Positions 1 through 12,834 of a DNA stretch of 62,769 nt are shown here, in pieces. Source of the stretch: Chiloscyllium plagiosum (lineage: Eukaryota); the NCBI RefSeq assembly GCF_004010195.1, contig NC_057711.1, positions 133,071,335-133,134,103 on the forward strand, in the 5' to 3' direction. The translations under genes and the position numbers were made by a program. Positions within the stretch are counted from its first letter, which is position 1. Each line of letters starts with the position of its first letter. The notes below the pieces were generated by a model, which was not told the origin of the DNA, did no database searches, and saw only the letters and a list, made by a program, of their open reading frames with translations.

Positions 1-131
1 ACACGGGGAGAATGTGCAAACTCCACACAGTCAGTCGCCTGAGGTGGGAATTGAACCCGGGTCTCTGGTGCTGTGAGGCAGCAGTGCTAACCACTGTGCC
101 ACCATGTCGCTCATATGCCACCGTGCCGCCC
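1..131 (-). mobile_element. HE1-type tRNA-derived V-SINE, 5' half (truncated by window edge)
   Basis: Minus strand has A box TGGCACAGTGG, B box GGTTCAATTCC and the V-core GTGTGGAGTTTGCACATTCTCCCCGTGT. Confidence 0.9.
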
Positions 132-159
132 ATGAGGTAAGTAACTCAGGGTGTTAGAA

Positions 160-1650
160 ATATAGGGACTGGGGCAGGCCACTAACCTTACCGAGTCTCC
201 CCTGCTATTCAATACCACCAGGGCTGGTTGAACACTTCAATGTCTTTTATCCACCTCATTCCCATAACCTGGTCCACCATTGGGAATCAGAAATCTGTCA
301 ACTTCAACCTTAAATGTACTCAAAGTCACAACTTCTACAGCAGTCTGTGACAGAGAATTCCAAAGCTTCACAACTCTCTGACTAAAATGCTTCCTTCATC
401 TTAAATCCAAGTGGCATCCTCTTATTTTCAAATTGCACTCCCTGGATCTAGACTCCTGAACAATGGAAAATCATTATCTGCATCTAACCCTTTCAGTATT
501 TTGTAAGTTTCAATGAAATCCTTTCTCATTCCTTGAGACTCGAAGGTTTAGAGGCCCAATTTGCCCAATCTCTCTTCTAAGGACGGTCCTGCCTTCTCAG
601 AAACAAGTCTGATGAACAAATTCCTCAATGGGCAATAATACTAGGTTGATTCCAGAGTTGAGAGGGTCGGCTTATGAGGAGAGATTGAGTAGACTGGGAT
701 GATATTCATTGGAATTTAGAACAAGGAAGGATCTTATAGAAACATATAAAATTATGAAGGGCATAGATAAGATGGAAGCAGGGATGTTGTTTAAGCTGGT
801 GGGTAAAATTAGAACTAAGTGGTATAGCCTCAAAACAAGGGGACAGGTAGGAGGCTGGAAGAACATAGCAGGCCAGGCGACATGAGGAGGTGGAGAAGCC
901 AACATTTTGGGTGCAACCCTTCTTCATAAGGGGGACCAGACTTAAGATGGAGTTGAGGAGGAACTTCTTCACCCAAAGGGTCATGAATCTGTGGAATTCC
1001 CTGCCCAGTGAAGTAGTTGAGGCTACCTTGCTAAATGTTTTTAAAGCAAAGATAGATGGATTTTTGAAGAGTAAAGGAAGTAAGGGTTATTGTGAGTGAG
1101 TGGGTAAGTGAAACTCAGTCCACAAAAAAGATCAGCCACGACCTTATTGAATGGGGGAGCAGGCTCGAGGTGGCCAGGCGGCCTACTCCTGCTCCTAGTT
1201 CTTATGCTCTTATACTTTTCCTGAGATAAAGAAACCAAAACTGCACACATTACTCCACATTGGGCCTACCCGAGCTCTTGTGTAATTGAAACAAGACTTC
1301 ACTGCTTCTCTATTCAAATCCTCCAGGAATAAAGACTAACATTCCATTAGACTTCCTCATAGCTTGCTGCACCTACATATTAGCCTTTAGTGACTGATTG
1401 ACAAGCCTAGCTGGGGCCCTTTTTCATCTACGTTTTCCAACCTCTTACCATTTAAGAAATACTCATCACCCTGTTCTTCCTACTAACGTGGATCACCTCA
1501 CATTTTACCACATTATACTCTATCTGCCATGTTCTTGTCCATTTACTCAGCCTGTCCAAATCCTCCTGACGTTACTTCGTCACATCCCCATCCAGGTTTG
1601 GGGCGTCTGCAAATTTGGAACTGTTACGTTTGATCCTCAGCTCCATGATT
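160..1650. mobile_element. Old minus-strand CR1 LINE 3' region, interrupted by a younger plus-strand CR1 3' end (~640-1215), which itself contains a PLE fragment (~833-927)
   Basis: ORF 890-1099 contains the CR1 ORF2 C-terminal motif RNFFTQRVMNLWNSLP. The 3' tail GGCCTACTCCTGCTCCT...TCTTATG is at ~1180-1213. Confidence 0.85.
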
Positions 1651-2699
1651 ACACCCTTTTTCTGGAGAGATACCTCATGGCCTTCATTTCTTTGATGTGG
1701 TATTTTCCGCTAACTGTTCTCTATTTTTAACATTGTTATACATTTGAATTAGCTGTTAACTACTCCATTAAAACAGCACAGACTCTAACTTTCTCACTGG
1801 TGTGTTAAAAATTGCACAGAGGAAATTAAACACAGAAGTGGCCACTTGGAATTTTCAATATCAGTACCATTGTTTAGACTTGAGTGAATTCTGATCACAA
1901 TGATAATTACTCTTTAGAACCTCGTGCCTCGGTCTGCAGATTAGTACTGTGTTAATACTAAGCTAAGTGGGGCCTTTCACTATGTAAAAAAGGCTGGAAT
2001 TCAAGTTTTACTTCATTTGGTTGAAAACTAAAGAAGAAAAGGATAAGACATACTCTAAAACAGATGTTTACAATCTGATAGGAATAAAATATACTTGGAA
2101 GACCATAAAATGCAGGAGCAGAAATGGGTCACTTGGCCTATTGAGTATGCTCCATCTTTCAATGAGATTATGGCCATGCAATTTGTAAATGGCAAACCTT
2201 TAAGAAGACTGCAATGGATCATTTGAGGTACTGACCAGGGATTTTGGAGGCAGCAGTGGCCTGATTGTTAAAGTAACGGTTTTTATGAGCACAAGCAAAT
2301 TGAAGGAGAAGATCTGGAATCTATGACTTTGAAGCTGGTGAAGTTGCTTGATTGCATCGTCTTCTTGTGTCCCTCTTTCTGAATGACAGGATCCTGAGGG
2401 TCTTCTCAGCAGAAGCAATGAAAGGTGGGATTGTCCAGAGAGGTTTCAGGAGGCTTCATAGTGACAAAACTCAATTATCTTTCTTTGAAGATCTCATCGT
2501 CTAAATCATGGGGAAAGATTGGCTCCTAAGATCAGGAAAGGTCAGGCAGGTGGATGCCAGCACAGAGAGGGCCGTAGATTTCAGGCAGATGGGCCAGATC
2601 CAGATCAGACCCATCCCTTGCTGGCTATATCTCCACAGGAATCCTCATAACAAATCCTAACCCAAGATTTTCTCTAAAGAGATGTTGGAATTCGGACAG

Positions 2700-5185
2700 G
2701 GCTGGACACTTCAAACACGACTGCATTCAACAGCTAGTTCCTCCCTTGCCTCCCACAATATCCTGGGATATATCCCGGCTGGCACTGGGGACCTGTCTAC
2801 CCGAATGTATTACAAGACACCCAACACTTCCTCCTTCATTTTTTTTAGATTAGATTCTCTACAGTATGGAAATAGGCTCTTTGGCCCAACCAGTCCACAC
2901 CAACCCTCCGAAGGGCAACCCACCCAGGCCCATTTCCCTCTGACGAATGCACCTAACACTATGGACAATTTAGCATGGCCAATTCACCTGATCTGCACAT
3001 GTTTGGACTGTGGGAGGAAACCGGAGCACCCAAAAGAAACCCACGCAGACACAGGGAGAATGTGCAAACTCCACACAGACAGTCATCCGAGGCTGGAATT
3101 GAACATGGGACCCTGGTGCTGTGAGGCAGCAGTGCTAACCACTGAGCCACCGTATGTTGACCTGCCCAAGAGTAACCTCAATATCACTTACGCCCCTCTT
3201 TATTGGTGAATACTGATGTAAAGTACTTATTAAGGATCGCATTCGTTTCCTCCGGCTCAACACATAACCTCCCTCCTTTACCCTTGAGTGGGCTACACTT
3301 TCCCTAGCTACCCTCTTGCTCCAAACATATATAGAAATTCCTTGGGATTCTCCTTAACCAGCTGGCCAAGGGCATTTCATGGTCCCCGTTTAGCCCTTCT
3401 AAATCCCCTTTGAGTTCCTTCCTACTTTCTCTATATTCTTCAAGGACTTCATTTATTTTTAGTTGCCTTGACCTTAGGTATGCTTCTTTTTTTTTTGACT
3501 AAGTTGATAATTTCCCCTGTCATCCAAAGGTTCCGAAATCCTGCCACTCCTGTCCTTCATTTTCACAGGAACATGCCTTTCCTGCACTCTAATCAACTGA
3601 TCCTTAAGAGACTCATGGAATCACAGAGATATACTGCACAGAAACAGACCCTTTGGTCCAACCCATCCATGCTGACCAGATATCCTAACCTAATCTAGTC
3701 CCATTTGCCAGCACTTGGCCCATAACCCTCTAAACCCTTCCTATTCATGTACCCACCCAGATGTCTCTTAAATGTTGAAAACGTTCCAGCCTCCACGAAC
3801 TTCTCTGGCAGCTCATTCCATATACACACCACCCTCTGCATGCGACCCTTTAGGTCGCTTTTAAATCTTACCCCTCCCACCTTAAACAGTCTCTCCCAAT
3901 CCACATTCTCTCTTGTTTAATTCAGTTATAGTTGGCCTTCCCCCAATTTAACACTTTCATTCAAGCTTCACTCTTGCCCTTATCCATAAGTACTCGACAA
4001 CTTAAGGAATTATGGTCACTATTCATGAAATGCTCCCCCACTGAAGCTTAGATCACCTGGCCAGGCTCATTTCCCAACACCAAATCCAGTATGGCCCCCG
4101 TCTCTCATTGGACTATCTGCGTAATGTTTGAAAATACCTATTCAATTGCTTGCCATCCAACTCCCCAGCACTAATCAATACGGGGGAGGTTAAAATCACC
4201 CATCACAACAATCCTGTTATTTTCACATCTTTCCAGAATCTGGCTACATATCTCTTTGTCTATCTCCCATTGGTAGCTGGGAGGTCTGTAGTACAATCCC
4301 AGCATTGTGATTACACCCTTCATATTCCTGAGCTCTAACCATAATGCCTCACTGCAGGGTATGCTGTCTAACCAGTGACACAACTCCCCCATCTCGTTTG
4401 CTTCCTCCTCTGTCTTGTTTAAAACATTAAGTTGCCAATCCTGTCCCTCTTTCAACCATGTCTATGTGATATCAACAACATCCTGACTGCATGCATTAAT
4501 CCAGGCTCTAAGTTTATCCATCTTACCTATTATACTTCTTACTCTGAAGCAAATACAGTCTAAGCCTCCAGTTCTGCTGAGTTCTGCAACCTCTCCCCGA
4601 CTGCTCTTCCTCTTAGCTATATTTGCCTTAGTCTCAGGCTCTTCCCCATTCTCTATATTTTACTGACCGGCTGCCCCAGTTCCCACCATGGGCCCACCCT
4701 GCCCCAGCCCCCACACTAGTTTAAACCTTCCTGAGTGACACTATCAAACCTCCCTGCCAGAATAGCGGTGCTTCTCCAGTTTTGGTGCAACCTGCCTTTC
4801 TTGTACAGGTCCCACCTTCCCTGGAAGACATCCCAATGGTTCACATACCTGAAGCCCTCTCCTGTACACCAGCTCCTTAGCCACATGTTCAATTGTACTC
4901 TGTCTCTGTTCCTAGCCTCAGTAGCACGTGGCACGGGGAATAATCCTGAGAGTACTACTCGAGAGGTCCTGCTCTTTAGTTTACTATCTAACTCCCTGAA
5001 TTGCTGTAGCAGGACCTTGTCACTCCTCCTATCTGCATCATTTGTGCTAATATGGACAATGACTTCTGGCTGTATCTTCTCCCATTTCAGGAAGCCCTGT
5101 ACCTGCTCAGAGTCATCCATGACCCTTGCATTAGGGAGGCAACATACCATCATGGCCACTGAAGCTTCTATCTGTGCCATCGACT
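2700..5185 (-). mobile_element. Degenerate CR1 LINE: ORF1 SGNH esterase relic (4716-5180), ORF2 APE endonuclease relic (4171-4455) and linker; contains a nested HE1 and a nested CR1 3' end (~3610-3890)
   Basis: VCCLPNARV, VIVHISTND and GRLHQN are decayed SGNH blocks of CR1 ORF1. LYYRPP and VVMGDFNLP are APE endonuclease motifs. Confidence 0.9.
2845..3153 (-). mobile_element. HE1 V-SINE, near full length
   Basis: tRNA-like head, V-core, CR1/HER1-like 3' end and (TCTAA)n tail. Confidence 0.9.
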
Positions 5186-5671
5186 ATTGTAGATAACCAT
5201 GTGTAGATGCAGAAGATGTTGAGACTAATAGATTTTTGATGACTAATAGCATTAAAATGCTATAGAATTACTTAGAATAGTAGCATTTAATTGTTTGATC
5301 ATGCTAAAATGGTGGAGCACACATAAACATCCGTTGTCTGGATATCGTATGTTCCTATGGTTCCTGGAGAGTACTTTGTCTCTGTCTTCCCAAAGGAAAG
5401 GGATGATGTAGACAGTCTAGCTACAGAGAAGGAATGTGAAATGCTAGATACAATAATCATTAAGCAGGAGAAAGTACTGAAGAGACTGATATTCGTGAAG
5501 GTGAATAAGTCACCAGAGCCGGATGGATTGAATTAAATCTTTAAAAGAAGCCAGGATGGAAATAACAGATACACAGATTTATTTTAATCCTCACTAGATA
5601 TAGGCATGGTACCAGAGGTTTGCTGATCTGCAAATTGCTTTTAAAGAGTGCAAGGGATAGGTCAAATAAGG

Positions 5672-5850
5672 TAAAGTCACCACAGTCCTACTGGAGCACA
5701 GGGCTGCCCTCCCATTGGAGAGAGATAACCGGTGGTGGTTTAACCTGAGGGGCCACCATGCCTCAGGTGAGGGGTGAGGTTGAAATGGAGAGTCCTTCAG
5801 ATAAACTCAGCCGGTTTGGGAATTCAATTCATGTTGTTGTCTTCACTCTG
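5672..5850 (-). mobile_element. Short tRNA-derived SINE (family with ACCCTCAGGTTAAA core)
   Basis: Reverse complement aligns by eye with copies at 13415-13605, 18846-19040 and 36935-37030. Confidence 0.7.
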
Positions 5851-5855
5851 CTGAG

Positions 5856-6235
5856 ATGGCCACCAATATACAGTACAAACCAACAGACTACCAAAGTTAC
5901 TTTGACTATACATCCTCACACCATTCGTGTAAAGACTCCATTCCATTCTCCAGCTCCTCCATCTCTGCCACATCTGTTTCGATGAGGCCAACTTTGATAA
6001 GGCTGATCTTTACCTACTCCTTTGTTTGTCCAACTGCATTTCTCTCTCTCAACCTGTTGCTTAGTCCTTCCCCCCTCCCCTACCCCTTCTATAGCAAATA
6101 TACCAACCTTTACCTAGCTGCTATCAGTTCTGAAGAAGAGTCACAAGACCCGAAATTCTGATTTCTACCCATAGATACTGGCTGACTTGCTGAGTTTTTC
6201 CAGTAATTTATGATTGTGTTGGATCTCTTGCTGTC
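5856..6235 (+). mobile_element. Penelope-like element relic: RT C-terminal fragment plus 3' terminal repeat with decayed hammerhead
   Basis: TNIQYKPTDYQSYFDYTSSH...KDSIPFS is typical of the PLE RT C-terminus. AGTT-CTGAAGA-A-GAGTC...GACCC-GAAA is at ~6126-6155. Confidence 0.8.
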
Positions 6236-7732
6236 TGTTGTGTGCTTTGGACTTTAATGGGGAGACTTGATTATGAAATTCACAGGTGATATAAAAATTG
6301 GTTACGATGGTGAATAGGATGGGTGTTAACTCCAGAATGATGTCAGTGATTGAGTTGGGTGGGCAGAGAAATGGCAAACAGAATTTAATCGAGAGACATG
6401 TGAGTGAATGCATTTGGGAAAGGCAAACAAAGTAAGGGATTCCACAACAAATGGGAAGATATTGAGAGAAGTAGGAGTAATGAGAGACCTTGGAAATGCA
6501 TGTCCACATGGTTTTGAAGGCAGCAGAGTAAATGGATAAAGTTGTGAAGAAAGATGTGGAATGCCTTTCTCTAATGAGTGAGGTGGAGAATACCAAAGCA
6601 GGGATCCAAAGCTGGTTAGGCTAAGTCTGGAATTTAATTTTATAGGAGGGACACAATTGTTCAAATCAGAACGTTACTAACTTTTAATTCCATAATGGAA
6701 TTTGTGGTACCGAGCGTTATTTATATAGCTCAGCACATTTCCATGTTCGACTGCGAGCAATTAATTGCTGAGTCTGACAATTTGATCCTGTGTAGTGCTA
6801 CCAATCTACTATAACTATAATATTTGTTCTGTAATAATGTTTTCAAATGGTACTCTATTGTGTAGGGGTAGGAGGACCCTGGAGCAAGCTTGCTAATGAT
6901 GTCACAGAGCTGCACATCATTGGGAATAAATAACACACTGTATGCAGGAGTTAGAACAATCTGGAAAGAACAATAGAAGAAGCCCACAGTACAGAGTGTC
7001 TCTCTGAAAGGCTTACAGAGAGCATTTTGATATGAACACAGTAGGAAGGCCTTCATTTATTGCAGCTGTACAGAGTCTTGGTGAGACCCATTTGGCATAT
7101 TATGTGCAGTTTTGGACTCCTTAACTAAAACAAAATAAACTTTTCATCGAGGAAGCAATGGTTCACCAGACTATTTCCTGGGAAGGTAGATTTGTTGTAC
7201 GAGGAGAGATTGGTTCAACGGGGCCTGTATCCTCTGGTGTTTAGATGAATAAGAGGGAATCTCATGGAAACATATAACGTTTTGAGAGAGCAGGACACAT
7301 TAATGTTTCCCCTGGCCAGGTGGCAGCAACAGGAATCACAGTCTTAGGTTTCAGACTGCGATGAGGAGAGGTTTGTTCATTTAGAACCTATGGAATTAAC
7401 TACCAGAGAAAGATGTGGAAGTCAAGGCTCTGAATATATTTAAGAAAAAAACAGGTTTCTAGAGGCCAAAAGTGTCAAGAGCTAGGAGGAGAGTACAGCA
7501 GTATGTGGTTTAGTTAGAGAATCAGCTATGATTACGTAGAAAGATAGAAAATACCAGCATGAGTATTTTCTCTTCAAGCCCTTCAAGCCTGCTCAATCAT
7601 TTAACATGTTCATGGCTGATCATCAACTTAGTACCTAATTCTCACTTTCTGCCCATACTTTTCGATCACTTTATCCAGATGAACTGTATCTAACTTCTTG
7701 TTGAAAACATTTAATGCTTTGGCCGTTTTTTT

Positions 7733-7869
7733 TTAGATTAGATTACTTACAGTGTGGAAACAGGCCCTTCGGCCCAACAAGTTGTGCGTCGGTGTGGACT
7801 TGTTGGGCCGAAGGGCCTGTTTCCACACTGTAAGTAATCTGTAAGTAATCTAATCTAATCTAATCTAAT
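7733..7869. repeat. Head-to-head pair of HE1/HER1 3' ends forming an inverted repeat, inserted in a minus-strand CR1 tail (~7540-8100)
   Basis: 43-bp arms at 7740-7782 and 7798-7840 with a 15-nt spacer; (TAATC)n-type tails point outward on both sides. Confidence 0.85.
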
Positions 7870-10800
7870 TCCTCTCATCTCAGCCCCTCCTGTATCCTTA
7901 GACTTTGACCTCTGGTTCTGGGCTCCCCCGTCAAAGGAAACATCCTTCCTGCATTTATCTTGTCAATTCCTGTTAGCATTTTATATGTTTGGGGGGCTTG
8001 GATCGGCGCAACATCGAGGGCCAAAGGGCCTGTATTGCGCTGTATTTTTCTATGTTCTATGTTCTATGTTTCTATGACATCCTCCAATGAGATTCATTCA
8101 TATTCAATGAGACTGAATGGTGAAGCCCACTCAATTTGCTATGGTTCTGTGATAGAAGATAGATTTGTCACTAATTTAAATATAAGTCAGAGCTTGTTAT
8201 AAGATGATTATTGAAACTAATAGTATGAAGGTATAATAAATAATGTGGGATGAAGATGAGCCTGAAGATAGCCCTTGACTTGCCTTCTCCTTGACTAGAC
8301 TGTCTCAAACCAAAACTGTGATAAAAACACACAATAAAAGATTCTCCGGTCCAGTGCACTGCTTTGTGAAGAAATAATTCTACCCAATGATATACAATTC
8401 TTTCTTCAGTCTGTTGAGTTTCTGGTGGCATTTCCTGATCCACCCAAGCATCTATCTCAGTTCCTGTAGGACAGCATGAAGGAATATTTGCTGAAAAATG
8501 TAAGTCAAATGATGGACAATTTTTCTAAAGAATGGTCATTATCTTTTGCAATTCTTTTTCTGTCAGACATATGTAGTTATCTGCATTTAGACATCAACAC
8601 TCCAAGTACTGGTTATATTAGGATCTTCGAATAAATAAATTGTATGAATTTATGGGATTCACCATCCATTCACCATCCCATTCCACAGAATACATTCAGT
8701 GCACAAGATATTGTTTTCTGAATTTAACCATTTCAGAAATCTGTACTCCGACTGTGCATTGGTGAATATGGCAGATCACACTGGCAGAGGGTTACAGTGA
8801 AATGTTTGCAATATGGTAACTTGGTAAGGGATTGTGGAGAGTATTGGATAATGTTCATTACCTGACCTTATGGCTCGTTTGCTGTTTTCTAGTGTGTATC
8901 AGGCTGACTACATTCAGACATGCAGAATCATGTCAATGAATTTCTTTTTCTCCTGTACGGTGTTTCTGTTGCTGAAGAACTGTAACAGTTACTTTTATAC
9001 TTTTCATTAATTATCTTGCTATCAACTGACTTTGTAATTTAGAAACTCAAGAAAACCTTCACTTGTTCGTTCATGCATTGCATTTTTAGTGAGATGAATA
9101 CAGACACAGACTCAGCACTCTCACAGTATATTACCTATGACCATGGAACTTGCAACCATACAACAATGAAATTAATCTCTGATCTAAGAGTAGAACTTGT
9201 TCTTCAATCATGCATTTCTTGGAAGTAACTTGAGAAGTGTTTTTGCTATATAAATGTTGACCAAATGGAACAATATACAGGTGGTAACCTATCCCAGTTA
9301 GCTTAACATTGCGATTAGTTACACATTATTCCTGTGCAATAATTATTCATACTAGGTCTGAACTGCAACTCAAAATGTATATTGCCTTTTATAATTTTTA
9401 ATGATTTTTCTTTTGAAAATAATGCTAAAAGTCAAATGAAGAGCATTTGTGAATGTACTGTAGAAATGAATCCATGACTAACAGGATGTGACAGGAGAGG
9501 TCTTTTATCTATTTGTAGGACAGTGGAAACCTGCTGGTGCAGAATTGTTTCACTGAGCCTTTATCACTATGGAATTTTTATGGCAATTTTCATTTTATGA
9601 ATTCCACATTTTTGTACAAGATTGCTTGGACTCACGCCATCCTTCAAGTTTAATTAAAGTAATAATTCAGTTTTAAGACAATTTATTGTTTCTTCAGCTT
9701 TTATTGTTATTAGCTGGGAATGTTTGTCCATGCCAAAATAAGACTAGAGTTCTCAAGTGAAACAACAAAGATACCACAGAAGCTTAGCATGCTGATAGAG
9801 TCTGAAGTCACCAGGGCTTAAAATATTTGAACTTGTCTGCATTTATAGCAGATAAATTGCTACTGCATACTACAGAAATTATTCTTTGGGTCTAATCTAT
9901 TTTCAAGATATTGATGGAGTTGAAAAATAACTCGATAGATTAAGAATGAACAGAACCAGAGAGCATATCACATGAAAGGGGGAAACAAGGGGGTGGGGGG
10001 GAAACAAGTTACCAGAAAGCTTAAATTAGCTTGTCCTACTTTCTAAATCTTGAGAACTTTGTAGAGCCCTTTGAAATTTCTCTTTTCATAAACTATAATC
10101 TACCCTGAGTTCCTAAAGGAGAGCAGAGTTTCTGATCTTGAGGTTTAGACAGTAGCACTAGTAAGCAACAATTGAAAGCCACTCTCAGAATCCACATGCC
10201 CACCTCACTGCAAACTGGAGGATGGGATCAATTCGACATGCAGTGTGAATTCCAGTGCGGAATGTGCCTACTTCTGGAAACTCCCGGAGTGAGTTGAGAG
10301 GGGAAAATTCCATGTGCTGTTGCAGTCTTGTAAAACTGATTTGTGAGCGGAGCCACTTAAAGATGTGATGCAAAACATTTGGCGAGTTAATGAATTTGGC
10401 CGCCAAAAAGCAAGAGAGTAATTAGAGTGTCACAGGATGTCCAGCTCACTGTCCATATGTGGTGAAGTGGAGGTGCCCCTACATGAGGTAGTTTGCCAGG
10501 CCAAGAAGGAGGTCTTCATTGACACTACAGAGCACCCTCTCGAAAGAAAATAAACTATACAGCCAGTGTAGGACAGAGTCCGGGAAGTGTTGGAAATGAT
10601 AGCAGACTTTTAAAAAGCTGTAACATAATACTAACCAGCAGTTTCACCTCACTAAGTGTATCAACTGAGAAAGTAAACAATAAAATATTGCCTTTAATTT
10701 GCTACATAGTTACTGTAAGTGCATTCTCAGAACTTAGGTTTCTAGTTTCTTAATCGTAGATGATGCTTATGCATATTGCAACACATTCCAACTGTGACTG

Positions 10801-11169
10801 ACAACTGAAAATCTTGGGACCGTAACATCTTAAAAGCACTTCACCTGGTAAATTATTATAATACAAAATAACTGCAAGATACATTTTTACAGGGGACTGG
10901 CTGCAACCAGAGAAAATGACTTATGTGTCTGCTCCTTCACTTTAGAAAATCCTGATAAACTTACAGTATCATAATCTCAGGGCTGAATTGCTAAACCACA
11001 ATTATATACATTTTCCTGTTGCCACTCAGTATCAAATTTCAACCAACTGATGACTGTTTCATATTAGAAATCCTTCTGCTCTGAATGGAGGTGAACCTGA
11101 CTGTCTTTTGTAATATTGTTCGATCAGACTGATAGTGATTGATTACATGTTTCCTTGAAGTTATTTAAC

Positions 11170-11335
11170 CAGCTCTGTGATGTGGACGTGCCGGTGTTGG
11201 ACTGGACTGGACAAAGTTAAAAATCACACCACACCAGGTTATTGTCCAAGCTGTCAAGCTAGTTCTTCCAAATAAACCCATTGGATTAGAACTTGGTGTG
11301 TGATTTTTAACTACCACTGTGTGGAAGATGTTGCC
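11170..11335. mobile_element. Fold-back fragment of a second PLE terminal-repeat family
   Basis: AGTTAAAAATCACACCACACCAGGTT is followed by its inverted counterpart AACTTGGTGTGTGATTTTTAACT. A related fragment is at 41319-41363. Confidence 0.6.
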
Positions 11336-11347
11336 ATAGTTTTGTTT

Positions 11348-11681
11348 CATTCATTCACGGGATGTGGGTATCGTTGGCAAGCCCAGCATTTATTGCCCAT
11401 CCCTAATTACCCAGAGGGCAGTTGAAAAGTCAGCCACATTACTGTGGGTCCAGACCAGGTACGGATAGCAGTTTCCTTCCCTAAAGGACATCAGTGAACC
11501 AGATGGGTTTTCCCAACAATCGGAAATGGATTCACTGTCATCCTTAGACTCTTAATTCCAGATTTTTATTGAATTCAAATTCCACCATCTGCAACAGTAG
11601 GATTCAATCCTGGGTCCCCACAACATTACTTGGATCTCTGGATAAACAGTCCAATAATAATACCACTAGGCCATCACCTCA
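11348..11681 (-). mobile_element. tRNA-derived SINE with LINE-derived tail (GGGATGGGCAATAAATGCTGG...(TGAA)n)
   Basis: A box TGGCCTAGTGG and B box GGATTGAATCC on the minus strand. Homologous to 20940-21283 and 57465-57802; tail shared with the LINE 3' end at ~36080-36580. Confidence 0.85.
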
Positions 11682-12002
11682 ACCTCCCCTCATTTAGAGA
11701 TACATAATGGAAGGTACAGAGTTAATGGCTCTTGTATCCTTGATATACCATTTTATTTTCATTTTTATTACTTCAGCCTATAGCTAATGCAATTAAAGTG
11801 CATTAAAATAATTCTCGTCATTACTTTTGAACTAATTTGCCATTCAACAGTAAGCTGCCAAGTTGTATCCAAAATTGGCTCAGTGTCAGAGAGCAAAGGG
11901 TGATGAGAGCTAACTGCCTATGTAACTGAAAGGCTGTTTCAAATGCGTTCAACAAGGCTCCGAACTGCTCCCCTTGCTTCTTGTGGGATGTGTGAACAAC
12001 TT

Positions 12003-12675
12003 AGAAAAAAATAAAGATGGCGGTAGCAGCGGCAGGGCAGGAAGTGTTTGGGCTCTGTGCCCGGGCGCTCTCCCTCACCCACCCGGCTGCATTATTCTTT
12101 GATTTTTGTTTTATTTCCTTCATCTCTCTATTGTATGAAAGTTTATCTTTTGTGCTTTTCCACGGCTGCGGTGGAGGAGGCGGTTAACGAGGGCCTGCGG
12201 TGGCAGCAGGGCGGTTGATCCGGATATCCGTACTGTGTGGCCATAGTGACCACAGCTTTATCGAAGGCTCCATCGTTGACGGGCATGGTTCATTCCTGAT
12301 GGCTGGGTGGCGGTTTCAGTGGTCATGGCATGGTGATTCCGGGTCATCCCTTGTGGCTATGGTGGCAATATGGTGGCTTCGGATAGTGACTGAATTGGAG
12401 TGAGTCATTGCTTCAGTATCAGTGACTTGGGTCCATGAAGACCCTCCTTGCTGTAGTGCCCATGGAGTGGCTTCAGCAGCAGCATCTCATGCCCACTCCA
12501 GAAACCCAGGGGCCATGGATAGAACAAAAGATAAGCTTTGACCTAACTTTGTCTCAATTAACTTTTTTTATAATTTCTTTTTATAATTAAAATGGTGCTG
12601 AATTGTGCTGACTTATGTACGTCTCACCACATTTTCATAAATACATGTGGTGATAAATTGCTATTCTATTTCATT
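12003..12675 (+). mobile_element. Unclassified CpG-rich insertion, probably a non-autonomous LINE derivative, splitting a CR1 RT relic (~11860-12003 and ~12840-13150)
   Basis: Starts with AAGATGGCGG, is GC/CpG-rich and ends in an ATAAA plus (CTATT)-like tail. The CR1 RT sequence resumes afterwards. Confidence 0.5.
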
Positions 12676-12676
12676 A

Positions 12677-12834
12677 ATCAAGAGTGAAAAGTATGGCGCT
12701 GGAAAAGCACAGCAGGTCAGGTAGCATCTGAGAAGTAGGAGAGTTGACATTTTGGGCATAAGCCCGTCAGCAGGAATGCTTTTCCACAATTTTCAGCTCT
12801 GACTCTCCAGCATCTGCAGTCCTCACTTTCTCCT
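12677..12834. mobile_element. Fold-back PLE terminal-repeat insertion (decayed)
   Basis: Same family as 16962-17170; ends in CAGCATCTGCAGTCCTCACTTTCTCC. Confidence 0.8.

Larger units (their letters stand above)
5360..7540 (+). mobile_element. Fragmented old CR1 ORF2 (~5360-5660, ~6260-6620, ~7030-7540)
   Basis: Decayed KSPGPDG-like, KF(A)DD-like and C-terminal segments, colinear with the better-preserved copy at 25612-27326. Confidence 0.7.

Noticed and set aside
2682-3209. Longest ORF in the track (175 aa)
   Set aside because: Antisense chimera of a CR1 fragment and an HE1 SINE.
4716-5180. 154-aa SGNH esterase ORF as a host gene
   Set aside because: It is CR1 ORF1 lacking the GDS block, with decayed catalytic motifs, directly upstream of a broken ORF2.
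8845-8985. Possible next GLIS3 exon (donor-like and acceptor-like signals on the minus strand)
   Set aside because: All three frames hit stops and none resembles the GLIS sequence that follows ARKK.
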